From Octopus vulgaris (lineage: Eukaryota), in contig OX597824.1 in the NCBI GenBank assembly GCA_951406725.2, forward strand, positions 248,001-312,000: a DNA stretch of 64,000 bases, in the 5' to 3' direction. Shown here in pieces: positions 12,918 through 26,118 of this stretch. The notes beneath the pieces are model-generated. The model did not search any database and was not told the DNA's origin. It was given only the letters and a program-made list of their open reading frames with translations. Positions within the stretch are counted from its first letter, which is position 1. Every line of letters begins with the position of its first letter. A program made the position numbers and the translations under genes.

Positions 12918-12960
12918 CTGTGTTGATGAAGTGAAATAATCCAGAAATCGCGATACACAG
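12918..12960 (+). ncRNA. Minimal hammerhead-like motif with uncompensated C3U (likely inactive)
   Basis: ctgtg-TTGATGA-agtgaaataatcca-GAAA-tcgcga-TA-cacag; perfect palindrome ATCGCGAT. Confidence 0.55.
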
Positions 12961-14886
12961 ATATTGTTTTGAGCTGAGTGGGGGTTCTTGATTCCCTTGT
13001 TCGAAAATATAAGGACACAGATCGTATTGTATAGCCAGCTGGAGACGATGTCTCCTGGGGTTAAATTACAGCAACATTTGTCCTAAACCATGTTATGTTG
13101 GCAAATAATCTTCACTCCAAGAAGGAAGTAGTCTCCAAGTTGGGAAAATATAAAAAAATCTTTTAATGCTGTTGTTGTTGTTGCAACCCTTCTATTTTGC
13201 TTGAGTTTTGTGCTCAGTATTCTGCTCTGTCTCTGATTCACTTCAGAAAACTACTCCAGGCCTCTGCTGTCACTTGGTATCTTACTATTTGACTTGTATT
13301 TTATGTTGCTATTTCACAAGGTTTAGCTCTCTTTGCACCCTTGTCTCTACACTTGGCACTAAAAGAAATTCCAACCAAATAGTCAGACTTTTCATGTTGT
13401 GTAGAGGACATGTCACTGCGGCTTGTTGTTTAACCTTCGGTCAAGCTGCATTCCACCAACGACCATCTCATCTTTTCAGATTTCTGGGAATGTTTGTGTT
13501 TTGTGTCTTTTTCTTTTTAACAACAGTAAAATGTAATTCAGGAATAGATTTGGCTGCTATTTCTTGCAAATCTCAGCTCAGCAATGATGTTGAGGCCTTT
13601 TTCTTTACAATGTTGCAACCATAGAATCTGTGAAAGTTATACTAATTAAAGAATATGAAACCTGATTTGAATGGTTTTTCTAAATAATATATTTATCAAC
13701 AATTTCTTCATTTATTTATTCCCGATCCTCTCGTATTACTAACTTAAGGATTGTCTGTCTGGGATATGGTTTCTCTGAAATATTTAATTTACAAAAAAAA
13801 TAACAAACTTTAGTGATCATGGTTTCTCTGTCTGCCTGTCTATACACATAAATACATATACAAACACACACACACACACACACAAATTGATGGCGTTAAG
13901 CATTTGTACTTTAGAAGTCAACTGTGTTAATTTGGCATAAAATTAATAAATAGTCATTATTAAACAATAATTAAAAACAGTCATCTTGATTCATTAAAGA
14001 TTATTCAAAGAAATTCCATATTATATTAAAATATTGCTACGAAGAGGCTGTTATCTAAGCTTTTTGCATTTTTTTTTTTTTTTTTGAGGAAGCAAATAAA
14101 ACAGGTATTTGGTCTTGTGTTTCTATTGGAAGTTCTGTCTTTCCTTCATACCTTGATTCTTTGAGATATACAGAAATAGTTGGAATATTTTGACATGTCT
14201 GGTAATCAATCGAGCAGTGACCTTTTGAAGTGAAGTTGTTGAAATACAAGACGTATATAATTAAAGACAGGAAAATAAAGAATATCGTTGTTCTGTTGGA
14301 TGACTAATAAATAAATAAATGAATAACAAGACGGGAAGAGTTCAGAATTCTGCTTTCTTCTGTGTTTCGTTTCCCTTGACAGTTTGGTGTTGATGGAAAT
14401 TCATAACTACATCTAGATTAGCTAGATTTAGCTCTGTGGTTCCTCTGAGGTTTAGAAGTGTTGTTGTATTCAACCAGTTTGTTGTACATTGGTTACTGCT
14501 GTGTGTGGAGGGGGCATTTATAGCTGATTGACTGGGGACACGTGGTTGGTTTGTTGATTGGTTATGAATCCATATTAATGACCGTGGGGAATTCCTTGGG
14601 ACCGTTGATTGGCTGCTAGCTGGTTGGTCTGTTATGCCTCATTATTTAAGATGATTTAAGATGCATATCTGCAATTACTGTTTATCTATCTAAGGTAGTG
14701 AACTGGCAGAATTGTTAGCGCATCAGACGTGTGTAGCAGTATTTCTTTTGGTTCTTCACATTCTGAGTTCAAATCCCACTTAAGCCTGTTACTTTTCAAC
14801 CTTTTTAAGGTTGATAAAGTACCATTGAAGTACTGGACTCAATGTAAAGTACTTATCCACTTCCTTCAGAATTGTTGGCCGTGTAT

Positions 14887-17800
14887 ATGTTGCATGCAAG
14901 AAATAAGGTGGAGAGGAGGATCAGCTAGGTTCCTCACAGGCAAGGAACGCAGGTACAAGATTTTCTGGGCAGGGAACACTGACGGGGTTGGTGGCGTGGG
15001 TATACTTATCGCTGAGAAATGGTTAGATAAAGTAATTGAGGTAATCAGAGTATGTGACAGAATACTTAAGATTAGATTAGTGCTTCATCATAGTTTAGCA
15101 ACCATTATATCAGCCTATGCTCCTCAGTCGGGGCTACCCGATGGACAGAAAGACCGATTCTATGACACTCTACTGCAGACTACCTCGTTGACGAACGACA
15201 GAGACCTTATCTTTGTGGCTGGTGACTTCAATGGTCACGTTGGACGACATGCTGGGGGCTTCCATGGCGTACATGGAGGCTATGGCTATGGCTCCCGCAA
15301 CGAGGAGGGAACCAGGCTGCTGGAGTTCTGCGATGCAAATAATCTTATGATTTGCAACACTAACTTCAGGAAACCTACCAGCCACCTAGTCACTTACCAA
15401 TCGGGCCAACATACCAGCCAAATTGACTACATCCTTGCAAGGCAAAGGGAGAGATGGCTGCTTATAAATGCCAAAACCTTCCCAGGTGAAGAATGTACCC
15501 CACAACATAGACTGGTAGTTAGTGACTTTAGGATCAGGACTAGGAGGACAACCAGAAGACGACAAATATGGAGAAGAAGGATCTGGAAGCTTAAAGATCC
15601 TGCAAATGGACAGAGATTTAGGGACATATTACTTGAAGCCTCTGACGAAGTAGAAGGGGATAGAGCATCACAGGGGGTAGAAGACAGCTGGACGTTTCTA
15701 AGGGACAACCTGCTGAGAGCCACTGACCAGATCTGTTGCTGGTGCAAAGTCCCCTCTCGACCTAGAATAACGTGGTGGTGGAACAATATTGTAGACAGGG
15801 CTATTAGAGAAAAGAGACAGGCTTGGAAGGTCTGGAAAAATGGGGGTAGCAGGGAATTGTATCAGACTGCCAAAAGAGAAGCTAGGAGACAGGTTTATTT
15901 AGCCAGAGGGGAAGCAGATAAGAAAAAATTTGCCAATGTTCTGCGCCGTGAGGACCAAAGACTGGAGGTGTTTCGTGTTGCAAGACAGTGTGTGAGAGAG
16001 AATCGTGATGTGGTAGGAGAGAAGTGTGTTCGCATAGAAGATGGTTCACTTGCGCTAAATGAGGATGCAAAGAGAGAGGTTTGGAGATGCCACTATGAAA
16101 GGTTGCTGAATGAAGAAAATGAATGGGATAAAGAGAGTCTGCCGAATGTTGACCCAACAGAGGGACCAGCTATCCGAGTTGATAGTTCCGTGGTAGCTAA
16201 GGCAATTAGAAGCATGAAGATAGGGAAAGCCCCAGGCCCATCAGGAATCACTGCAGAGATGCTCAAAATGTCTGGTAGTGTCGGCTATAGCCTAGTCACC
16301 CGTATAGTTAATCAGGTGATACACAAAGGGGTCATACCCAATGACTGGTGTAGCAGTATAATAGTCAACTGCTACAAAGGTAAAGGTGATGCCCTAGATA
16401 CAAATAACTACAGAGGTATCAAGCTGTTGGATCAGGTGATGAAGGTCACGGAGAGGGTCATAGCCCAACTAATTAGAGAGAGAGTTAGTTTAGATGAGAT
16501 GCAGTTTGGGTTTGTGCCAGGGAAAAGTACTACTGATGCTATATTCCTGGTAAGGCAGCTACAGGAGAAATACCTAGCCAAAGATAAGCCCCTGTACCTG
16601 GCTTTTGTTGACATGGAGAAAGCCTTCGACAGGGTCCCCCGATCCCTTATCTGGTGGGCAATGAGGAAACTAGGGATAGATGAATGGTTAGTGAGAGCTG
16701 TGCGGGCCATGTATAGGGTCGCTGCTAGTAGGGTGAGGGTTGGAAATGAGTACAGTGAAGAATTCCGGGTAGAGGTAGGGGTCCACCAAGGCTCAGTACT
16801 CAGCCCCCTCCTATTTATCATAGTCCTCCAGGCAATAACAGAGGAATTCAAGACAGGATGCCCTTGGGAGCTCCTCTATGCTGATGACCTTGCTCTAATT
16901 GCTGAGTCGCTATCAGAACTGGAGGAGAAGTTTCAGGTGTGGAAGCAAGGATTAGAATCGAAGGGCCTCAGAGTCAATCTAGCTAAAACCAAAGTCGTAA
17001 TCAGTAGGAAGGTAGACAAATCACAAACACCTTCAGGTAGATGGCCCTGCTCGATCTGTAGAAAAGGTGTAGGTAGAAACTCTATAAGATGCACCAAGTG
17101 TAAGCTATGGACACATAAGAGATGCAGCAATGTCAAAGGAAGGCTAACTAGGAAGATGGTTTTTGTATGTGGCAGATGCTCAGGAACAATAAACACTGAA
17201 AATGCTCTGAGACCAACTTCCGTCACTTTCCAGGGAGAAAAACTAGAAATAGTTGATAGTTTCCGTTACCTAGGTGACCAAGTCAGCAGCGGGGGTGGGT
17301 GTGCTGAAAGTGTAACTGCTAGAGTAAGAATAGCTTGGGCAAAGTTCAGAGAGCTCTTACCTCTGCTGGTGACAAAAGGCCTCTCGCACAGAGTGAAAGG
17401 CAGACTGTATGATGCGTGTGTACGAACAGCCATGCTACATGGCAGTGAAACATGGGCCGTGACTGCTGAGGATATGCGTAAGCTCGCTAGAAATGAAGCC
17501 AGTATGCTCTGATGGATGTGTAATGCCGGTACTCACACTCGGCAGAGTGTAAGTACCTTGAGAGAAAAGCTGGACCTAAGAAGCATCAGTTGTGGTGTGC
17601 AAGAGAGACGTTTGCGCTGGTATGGTCATGTGGCGAGAATGGATGAAGATAGTTGTGAAAAGTGCCACACCCTAGCGGTTGAGGGAACCTGTGGAAGAGG
17701 CAGACCCAGGAAAACCTGGGACGAGGTGGTGAAGCACGACCTTCGAACTTTAGGTCTCACTGAGGAAATGACTAGAGACCGAGACCTCTGGAAGTGTGCT

Positions 17801-18349
17801 GTGCGCGAGAAGACCCGGCAGGACAAGTGAGTCCATAACCCGTGGCCTTCTACATCGGATGGAGCCAGCCTACGTATGCATACCTTCCCTTCTTGGGACA
17901 CAAAACTCTACTTGTGAAGACGTGTTGAGGCAAGTGAGGATCAGAATCGAAATCGATCAATGGAAATCGATCAATGGAAATTGCAGATGTGTTACCAGTG
18001 CCGGTGGCATGTAAGAGAACTTTCCGTTTCGCGACCGTTGCCAGCACCACCCCGTTTCGTGTCCGTTGCCAGCCTTGCCTGGCTCCCGTGCCGGTGGCAC
18101 ATAAAAAGCACCATCCGTTCGTGGCCGTTTGCCAGCTCTGTCTGGCACCAGTGCGGGTGGCACGTAAAAAGCACCCACTACACTCACGGAGTGGTTGGCG
18201 TTAGGAAGGGCATCCAGCCGTAGAAACACTGCCAGATTTGACTGGGCCTGATGAAGCCTTCTGGCTTCACAGACCCCAGTAGAACCGTCCAACCCATGCT
18301 AGCATGGAAAACGGACACTAAACGATGATGATGATGATGATGATGATGA
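14887..18349 (+). mobile_element. RTE-clade LINE, near full-length ORF (APE endonuclease, RT, internal PHD finger), one premature stop
   Basis: APE motifs QE.RW, AYAPQ, GDFNGH, SQIDYI, QHRLV; RT motifs NYRGIKLL, QFGF, FVDMEKAFD, GVHQGSVLSPLLF, YADD; RRLRWYGHV..M and GRGRPRKTW C-terminus; TGA at 17510 is CGA in the other copy; (GAT)n tail; inserted into a SINE with a TGTAT duplication. Confidence 0.95.
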
Positions 18350-19917
18350 TGTATCAAACTTAGAAAGAATGATAACTCTGTCTGTTTATCCATCCTGCCA
18401 TGGGTTTTATAGCCAGATGCCCTTACTTGATGGAAACCCTTGTAGTTGACTCTGACAGCATGCAAGGGGACAGTGTACCTATTGTAAAAACTGAGAAATA
18501 CAAGGCACTGTAACTTCGTTCATTATTATTAGCTGTGTGGTTTAGATGTCCACTTTGTAAACCGCCTGGTATCAGGTTCAGCCTCACTGCATGGGTCTTC
18601 TTTAAGCCCTAGGCTGATCAATGAGTGAGTGTCTTCTCCTTTAGCTCTAGGCTGATCAATGCCACATGAGGGAATCTGGTAGACTGGAACCTTGGGAAAC
18701 CCATCCTGTGTGGTGTGAAGGTGCTTGTCTCTTTTATCCTTTACCTGTCTCAGTCATTTGACTGCAGCTTGTGTCACTGCTTCAGTGAAGTGGTGCTGAT
18801 GTTAATATTCTTTGTTCATATTATGATCTGTGCTCTTGGAGACCTCAGGCATAAAGTAATCCCTTACTTGAAAAACAAAGAAGGGCCGGCAACAAGAAGA
18901 GCATCCAGCTGTAGAATCCTGCATATCTAACCATCCGGTCAGAGCTATAATGGTAAAACAAATGTTAAACAACCCAGCATTGAGTTGATGAGACTTTTTT
19001 GAGTTGATATTCTACATTTGGATGCTCTTCCTGACATGAACCCTACCAAACACTTCTAACCCAAAGCTGCGTTGAAAATTCTTCTGCTTTTTACCTCAGA
19101 GTAATCAAAAGGCTGAGGCTTTACTCTATCATTACTCTGAGTTTCCTGTAGCAGGGGGGAAAATAACCCCTAATAAACTGATGCTGTGATATATTTTTCA
19201 ATTATCATCCAATTTTCAGCAGTTTCATTAAATGCATTGAAGATCTATTTCTAACAAATTCTTTGCCAAATTTCAAATTTCTTTCCTTCTCCCACCCCCT
19301 TTCTTTGCTTTGCTTTATCTCTTACTGCACCCGTCTTACCCCCTTGTTGCTTTGTTGCCTTACTCACTCCTTTTTTCCTCCCACTATCTCATATTTCCTC
19401 CCTTACTACTCTCTCCCCCCTCCTCATTTCTTTCCCTCTCATTATATTTCATTACCTTTCTATCCTTCATGCTCTGTCTCCCTCTTACTCTCTATATATG
19501 CATGTGTGTATGTAATGTAGTATATATATGTTTGCGTATGTTTATATATTTATAAAGTTTATATAATTTGTGTGTGTGAGAGAGACAGAGAGTCTGTAAC
19601 AAGAAGAAACATGTTCTTTTAACTTCAAACTTGATATACAAGTTGAGGCTTACCTGAGGATATCAAAGATGTTTTTGTGTAATTAAAATCTTGCTTGTTT
19701 TTCATTAGGATTAATCACCAAATATTTCTTCTTGCCTACCTGTTTTCTTACCTGTCTGTTTGTCTGTCCATCAATCTGTCCACTTCTCAATGGTCATTCA
19801 CCTTATATATACATCAATTCATTTCTGCCTCCCTGTTTCAATGTGGCTGACTAAAATTGGGAGAAGCTTTGACATAATCACTTGGCTGTCAAGAAATAGC
19901 AGTCAAATCTCACTCAT

Positions 19918-20113
19918 GTTGTGGTTCTCAACCTGTGGTCCACGGACCCCTGGTGGTCAGCAAAGGTAGTTCCGGGGGTCTATGAACTAAATTCAAAATT
20001 TCACACCACACACATCATACACACAGACAAGGACAAGCATATTAAAAGGGGTCTGTGAGACAACTCATTTAAATGAAAGGGATCCTTGGTAGTGAAAAGG
20101 TTGGGAACCACTG
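19918..20113. mobile_element. hAT-Charlie/MER5-like MITE
   Basis: GTGGTTCTCAACC ... GGTTGGGAACCACTG termini; related copy near 59849-60162 with ctctagat/gtctagat 8-bp flanks. Confidence 0.55.
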
Positions 20114-20839
20114 CCCTAGTGTCTTAAGAAGGTACATTAGATGGCCTACCCATTTCTGTTGTGGTTGACTGACCAATGGAGGAAGCATTTCTATGGTTAC
20201 TTAAATGTCAAGAAAAAACAACCAAATCTCCCCCATCTCTTAAAAAGGATACCTCAGATAATGTAGTTTTAGATATACTATGCCCTAAAGACAAACAGGG
20301 TGACCCCAGGCTGGAATGCTTTTCATTATGAATCTCTTTATTCAGCACTGACCTAGGGCTATTATCTGCAGGTCTCTCTCTCTATCTCTTGGCATTTCTA
20401 TTTCCTCTGACTTAACTCTCTCTCTACCATCCTATGTTGACTTGCCTGCCTCTCTCTTCATTTCTTCATCTATGTCTGCCTGTCCAATTGTTTGTGTTGT
20501 CTATTTATGTAGCTGTCTGTTTGTCAATTTTATATCTGTGTCTTTTTCAATTTGTAATTTCATGTCTCAGAAGAAAACGAAAAAAATAGACATTTTCAGT
20601 ATTGTTCTAGTAACCTGAATGATGAAATTAAAGAGAGAGAGAGAGAGAGAGACTTCTGTACATATATGCTCAGAGAGACATTGACAATGGGATACATGAA
20701 GCTAGAGAGACATGGAAACAGAGGCAGACACACAATGAGACAGGAAAAAAAAACATGCAAAGAGGGAGGGGGAGAGAGAGTCTAATACGAGAGTTGCTTT
20801 TTCTTTTCTGACTTGTTTTATTTTCTTCTTTAAACTCAG

Positions 20840-20925
20840 GCCTTTTGCATGAAGGGGATGAGATTTTGGAAATTAACCAACATACGATGAAGGGACAGAA
20901 TGTGGATGATGTGTCCGAATTAATG
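20840..20925 (+). CDS. PALS1: PALS1 exon C (PDZ)
   Basis: ctcag|GC...ATG|gtaagt, 86 nt, phase 1/0; (G)LLHEGDEILEINQHTMKGQNVDDVSELM. Confidence 0.95.
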
Positions 20926-22925
20926 GTAAGTTAATCTCTCTAATCCTCTGCATGGAGATTAACCCTTTGAACACCAATTCACCCGAGACTTCTTCTAGTT
21001 CTACAAATCCAACTTATTGATTTTAGGTGATATAAATTAAGCCCTTCCATCAAAATTTCATGGGAATTTCAGTTCCAAAGACCCTTTTTATTTTATTGAA
21101 TTCCTCATTATTTTCAAAACCAATTGAAATACAAGCAGGATGTTCTAACAGGAATATGGTAAAGGAAAGGTAAATAAATAATAATTAGTCACTAAGCCCC
21201 TATTTATGTAAGTTTAGGAGACAAACATTTAACTGTATATCTAATTACATATGACAGTAATGTTTCTTAACATAGGGACAATGTCTGAAATTTGGGAGGA
21301 GGGGGTTAGTTGAGTACTTTGATCCCTGTACTTGATTGGTACTTTATTTCATCCCTGAAGGATGAAAGACAAAGCCAACCACTGAGATTTGAACTCTGAG
21401 CATAAATACCACACAGTGTTTTGTCCAGCTCTAATGCTTCTTCTAATCCACCATTCTTTGATATCGTTTCTAGCATAGGTACAAAGCCCTAAATTCGAGC
21501 AGGGTGGGGATTGAAAGACACTACTTCATACCAACACACCACCAACAACAACAGCAACAGTAGTTACACACTTTCCTCTCAAGACAAAAGTGGAGCATCT
21601 GTGTTCATTTGACCAGTTAAAAATGGTAGCTATATTGCCCTCAAAGCAATGCTTACCTTTTTTAAAGAAGAAATGACTATTAGATAATGTAGTCTTCAAA
21701 ACATACCTGAGGGAATGAAGAATAATTAAAAAAAGAAGGCAGGATGGGCTAAACTGGAAAGTCTTTTATTATTGCTGATGAAACCAGCCACAAGAACAAC
21801 AACATGTCTCTTTAAATGAGTTGCTGAATTCCTCACTACAGTAAGATGGTGAGGTGTGCAATAGCTGAAAGAAAGAATTGGTACTCCTTTTAAAGTTTTG
21901 GTACTCTATAGATTTTATGTCCTTTTACCACCACCACCATCTTCATCACTACCATCATCATCAATATCTCTACATCCACATTTCCAAGCTGGTATGGGAT
22001 GGACAGGTCATTAGGACCTGCGCCAGTTCTTTTTTCAGAAGTTACTACCCTCCTAGATATGTCAAAAGACCACTTTTCAGTTAAAACCTTCCATTTGTTT
22101 AATTCCATGGTTTCATGCTGAGACCTTCTGCCTAGCACCAACCACTTTACCAGGTGTACTCGATGTATTTCATCATGGAACCAGCACCAGGAAAGTTTTC
22201 GTGTCTTCTGACAGACAAAGGGATAATCTCAACCCTACATTGTCTCCATTCACCTGTCAATTTCTGTATATCCAGTGCATTTAATGAGGCACCCTCACCA
22301 ATGGTGACTAGAAGAGGGAGTGGGCAATTAAAGGTAATACTTTCACCTTAAGGTGGACACTACAGTGTCAGATAATAAAGGTAGTACAGGTGTTGTTGTT
22401 TAGCCTCATGTTGTCAGCCTGCATCGAACACACTGAAACTGAAAAGCATTTCACCCATGACCACTCCATCTGTTCAAGTCTGTATTGTCCAACAGGTTCA
22501 TTCTTTTCTCTTGTTTAAGATTGTGGAGGTTGTGATTTGAGTGAGATTCAATTGTTTTTTCTTGCAAATCATGATAATAATAATAAAGAGTAATAATGGT
22601 TTCTCAATATGGCATGATGCCAACTGTCCCTTGTATTAGACTGGTGTCATTTTGTCAACCCCTGAAAGGACAAAAGCAAAGTCGACTTCAGTAGGATTTT
22701 GAACATGGCATGTAAAGAGGTGGAAGAAATGATGCAAGGCATTTTTTCCAAGCTCTAGGTTCATTACAACTCTTCAGGAAAGGGTAAAAGAGGGGACAGA
22801 AAAAAAAAACAAGCATAAGTTGAGTGAAAAAAGACAGCAATAAATGCTAGAATTACAGGATAAAAGATGAAGACAAAAAATGGAACCATAAAAGAGCCAT
22901 AAAGAAGAAAGGTTACACAGGTACG

Positions 22926-23060
22926 TCAGGAGTAGAATTGGTAAATTTCAGGAAGCATGGAATCTTTGGAAGATGCAGTATCTTGACAGCTGACAAATGG
23001 CATGGGTAATTCATTCTTTGCTTTGACAATTCTGTGTGAAATATGTTGAAATTCTTTCCA
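22926..23060 (-). mobile_element. CR1/L2-type LINE 3' fragment
   Basis: HRIVKAKNELP...TASSK resembles the F..RVV..WN.LP...FK C-terminal motif of CR1/L2 ORF2. Confidence 0.5.
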
Positions 23061-25857
23061 ATGGCTTGTGATGTTAGTTATGCAGAGTAGTGATGATGAT
23101 GCTGGCAATAATAGTGATGATGATGATAACTTTTCAACATTGTCACCATGAAAGAATGAATATATTTTATTTCTTTATAATGTATTTTTATTGTTTTTCT
23201 CCTTTTTAACTTTTGTAGAGAGTTCTTATCGGCCATATTAATCATATATTGTAGAACTTTCTCTGAAATTCTTTTAACTTTGGATGAGAATGGTAATCCA
23301 TCTTCAGTTTATAGTCCCTTGCTGATCAGAATGATTTGTTTTCTAATCTCAAAAGATATTTATTTGTTTTTATTGTTGCAGTTGTTGTTGTTATCTCTAT
23401 ATATAATCTTATATATATTTATTTATTCAATTTATGTTGATTGGTTATTTTGCTTTTGGAAGCTGTCTTGGAGATAGAGCTTTGATTTCCCTTTGGAATT
23501 CTGTGACAAATCTCTTTGTACTCTTTGATCTCTGTATATATTTTTTAAAAATTCATCAATATGTTGTTATTGTTTATTATTATTATTATCATTATTATTA
23601 TTATTATTATTAAAGAAATTGGTTTCTGTTAAAACTGGTTGCTATCAATGGCACTATTTGTTTGGTGGCTTCTTTGAAAATTTCTGTTTGGCGAAAATGT
23701 TTTGATTAACTCTTTCTTAACCTTATTTGCAATGCAATATACTGTGTGTTTCGATTAATTTTCATAATAATGCCGACTTTGAAGGAATTTAATAAAATAA
23801 CCAAATTTTTGCATTATTAAGTTGATGTTTAGAACTTAAATGATTGAAATTATACTGGAGAATTTTTATTTGAATATGAACAGTTTAGAATGAGATTTTT
23901 TGTGTTGTAGAACTAAGAATGGTCTCAGGTTGGAACCAAAAGGGTTAAAACTGTAGATTAGTATTCTCTCTATCTCTCTCTCTCCTTTTTTTTTGTTGTG
24001 TGTGTGGTGGTGTGCATCCATTTCACATTTTGTTTCCCTGTGTTGTACGGAACGGCAGGAAGACTCTGTAATCTCTATTTTTATTTTATTGCTTCTTCTT
24101 GAGGATGGAATTGGCAGTGTAACGAAAAAAGATATTTGAGCTAAAGATATAGATGACTCCCCCCCCCCCCAATATTGGTGGGGGTGATGATGTTGTTTAA
24201 CTACTGGCTAACCTCAATTGAGTAAACTAATTAAAGGTGTTACGACTATGATCATCCTATCTTTTTAGAGTTTACCTTCAGAACACATTATGTGAGGTGT
24301 TCTTTTTTTCTTTTTTAAAGAAGGCAGAATGTAATTTATGGGGTATTTGGCTGTTATGTCTAGCAGGTTGAGTGCAGGATCTCTCTTATTGGTTTGGCTT
24401 TATGCATTCTGTTGATGGCATTGTCTCTATTGTAGCATGAAAGAGAGAAAGATGGAGAGAAAGAGCAAAAGAGAGATGGAAATAGGGAGAGAGACATAGA
24501 CAAAGAAAAGTGGGGGGGAGTCTAGTAAACAAAAACAAAGATGAGAAGGGGGTATATCCTTGTCTTTTTACTAGTTTCAGTTGTTGCTTTGTGGCCATGC
24601 TGGAGGGCCGATTAGCCATGCATTGAAGGGGCTGATTAGTCACTTTTGCTAAACCAGTAAATTATGGGGACATAAACAAACCAACACCAGTTGTCAAGCA
24701 GTGGTGGAGGACAAGAAGGAACACACACACACACGTTGGGCCATTTTCGGTTTCCATCTCCCAAATCCATTCACATAGCTTTTGTTGGCTCAAGGCTGTA
24801 ATAACAGACTCTTGTCCAAGGTGCCATACAGTGGGACTGAACCTGAAACCATGTGGTTTGGTAGCTTACCACACAGCCATGCCTGTATCTTTGTTGATTT
24901 GTCTGTAGAATTTAGATGGATAGGACAGGTTTAAAGAAGAATTCCCTATACAATTAGGGCAGTGTATGGTGGGGTGGGGGTCATTATGACCCTTAAACGA
25001 GTCTTTATATTTAGTCATTGTGAAAATGAAAATCAAAATAGCCCTTGACCTTAACTAAGTTTAGTGGGTCACCAAAAAAAAAATCTCAGCCCTAGGTATG
25101 TCAAAGCTTATTTGATTTGGTAGAGTTGGTTCCTTTAACGAGTTCATTGACTTTGGCTGATAATTACATGATATTAAATAAAATGGCTCAATCTGGAATT
25201 GAAACTACGACATAGACTTGGCTTTCCAAGAACTTCTTTCCTGTTTATAGTCCTAGCCTAACATGAGAGTGAGTTAGCCTCTATATACTTGCTCAGTTTG
25301 CTAGAAATAGCAACTGAAACTCATATGACATCTTATTGTCTGCAATATAAAACACATTGGACAGTTTTGTTCACGATATGCTATGACTGAATATGAAACA
25401 AAAAATATGGGATGGTCATGCCTAGAATAGACTTTTGATCACACATCTATCTACTCTGTCAATGCTGATAGAGTAGACCTAGGGCTAAAAAACACTGCAC
25501 TCAGGATATTTTATTATATCATTACATTGATATGATGATAAAGTGTCCAACTTGAAGAATTGTTAGCATAGCAGACAAAATGCTTAATAGCATCTCATCA
25601 GTTCAAATTCCTCTAAGGTCAACTTTGCCTTTCAACCTTTCAGGGTCAATGAAATAGGGCCAAGTCAACCACTTCGCCTCCTCTCAAACATTGCTGGCCT
25701 TGTTCCAAAATAAGAAAAGAATATTATGATAATTATAATATTATTATGAGTTGTTATGGAATCTGAATTTCTGATTCACAAACCAGTTGTGCTACAATGA
25801 AGGAAGTCAACTCAACATTTTTGTATCGACTTTAAAAATACTTTTCTATGATTTCAG

Positions 25858-25938
25858 GCTAACCTGACTGGTACAATAACATTTATGGTGGTTCCGGGCA
25901 ATAACCCATACCATATCTTGTCCACAAATAACAATGCG
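25858..25938 (+). CDS. PALS1: PALS1 exon D (PDZ end and linker)
   Basis: tttcag|GCT...GCG|gtaagt, 81 nt, phase 0/0; ANLTGTITFMVVPGNNPYHILSTNNNA. Confidence 0.92.
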
Positions 25939-26118
25939 GTAAGTGAAACAGGAGAAGTTTTCTTGTTCTTCCTCTTTTGAATTCTTACTATTCTGTGTCA
26001 TAGAAACATATCAATTGATGCAACATTTTAATTAGGAGAGAACTTTTTAATCCTTTAGCTTTCAGCTTACTTTCTCAAATGTGATGCTCATTTATTCATT
26101 GTTTTCAGTTAATAAAGA

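Larger units (their letters stand above)
12424..13127. mobile_element. Foldback and tandem arrangement of a Penelope-like terminal repeat
   Basis: About 12490-12724 is inverted at about 12898-13118; about 12437-12528 is repeated directly at about 12789-12882; each inverted arm carries a minimal hammerhead motif. Confidence 0.65.

Noticed and set aside
14729-14886. N-terminal ~52 aa of the 927-aa ORF
   Set aside because: It is chance read-through from the SINE the LINE inserted into; likewise the first ~29 aa of ORF 43168-43785 come from flanking DNA.
15170-17226. Antisense ORFs over the LINE (and 41361-43407 on +)
   Set aside because: Shadow frames of a coding element with no recognisable domains.
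18248-18270. CTGATGA followed by a hairpin (also 11154, 21775; partial motifs near 32466 and 33783)
   Set aside because: No correctly placed GAAA or closing helix I, so not called hammerheads.
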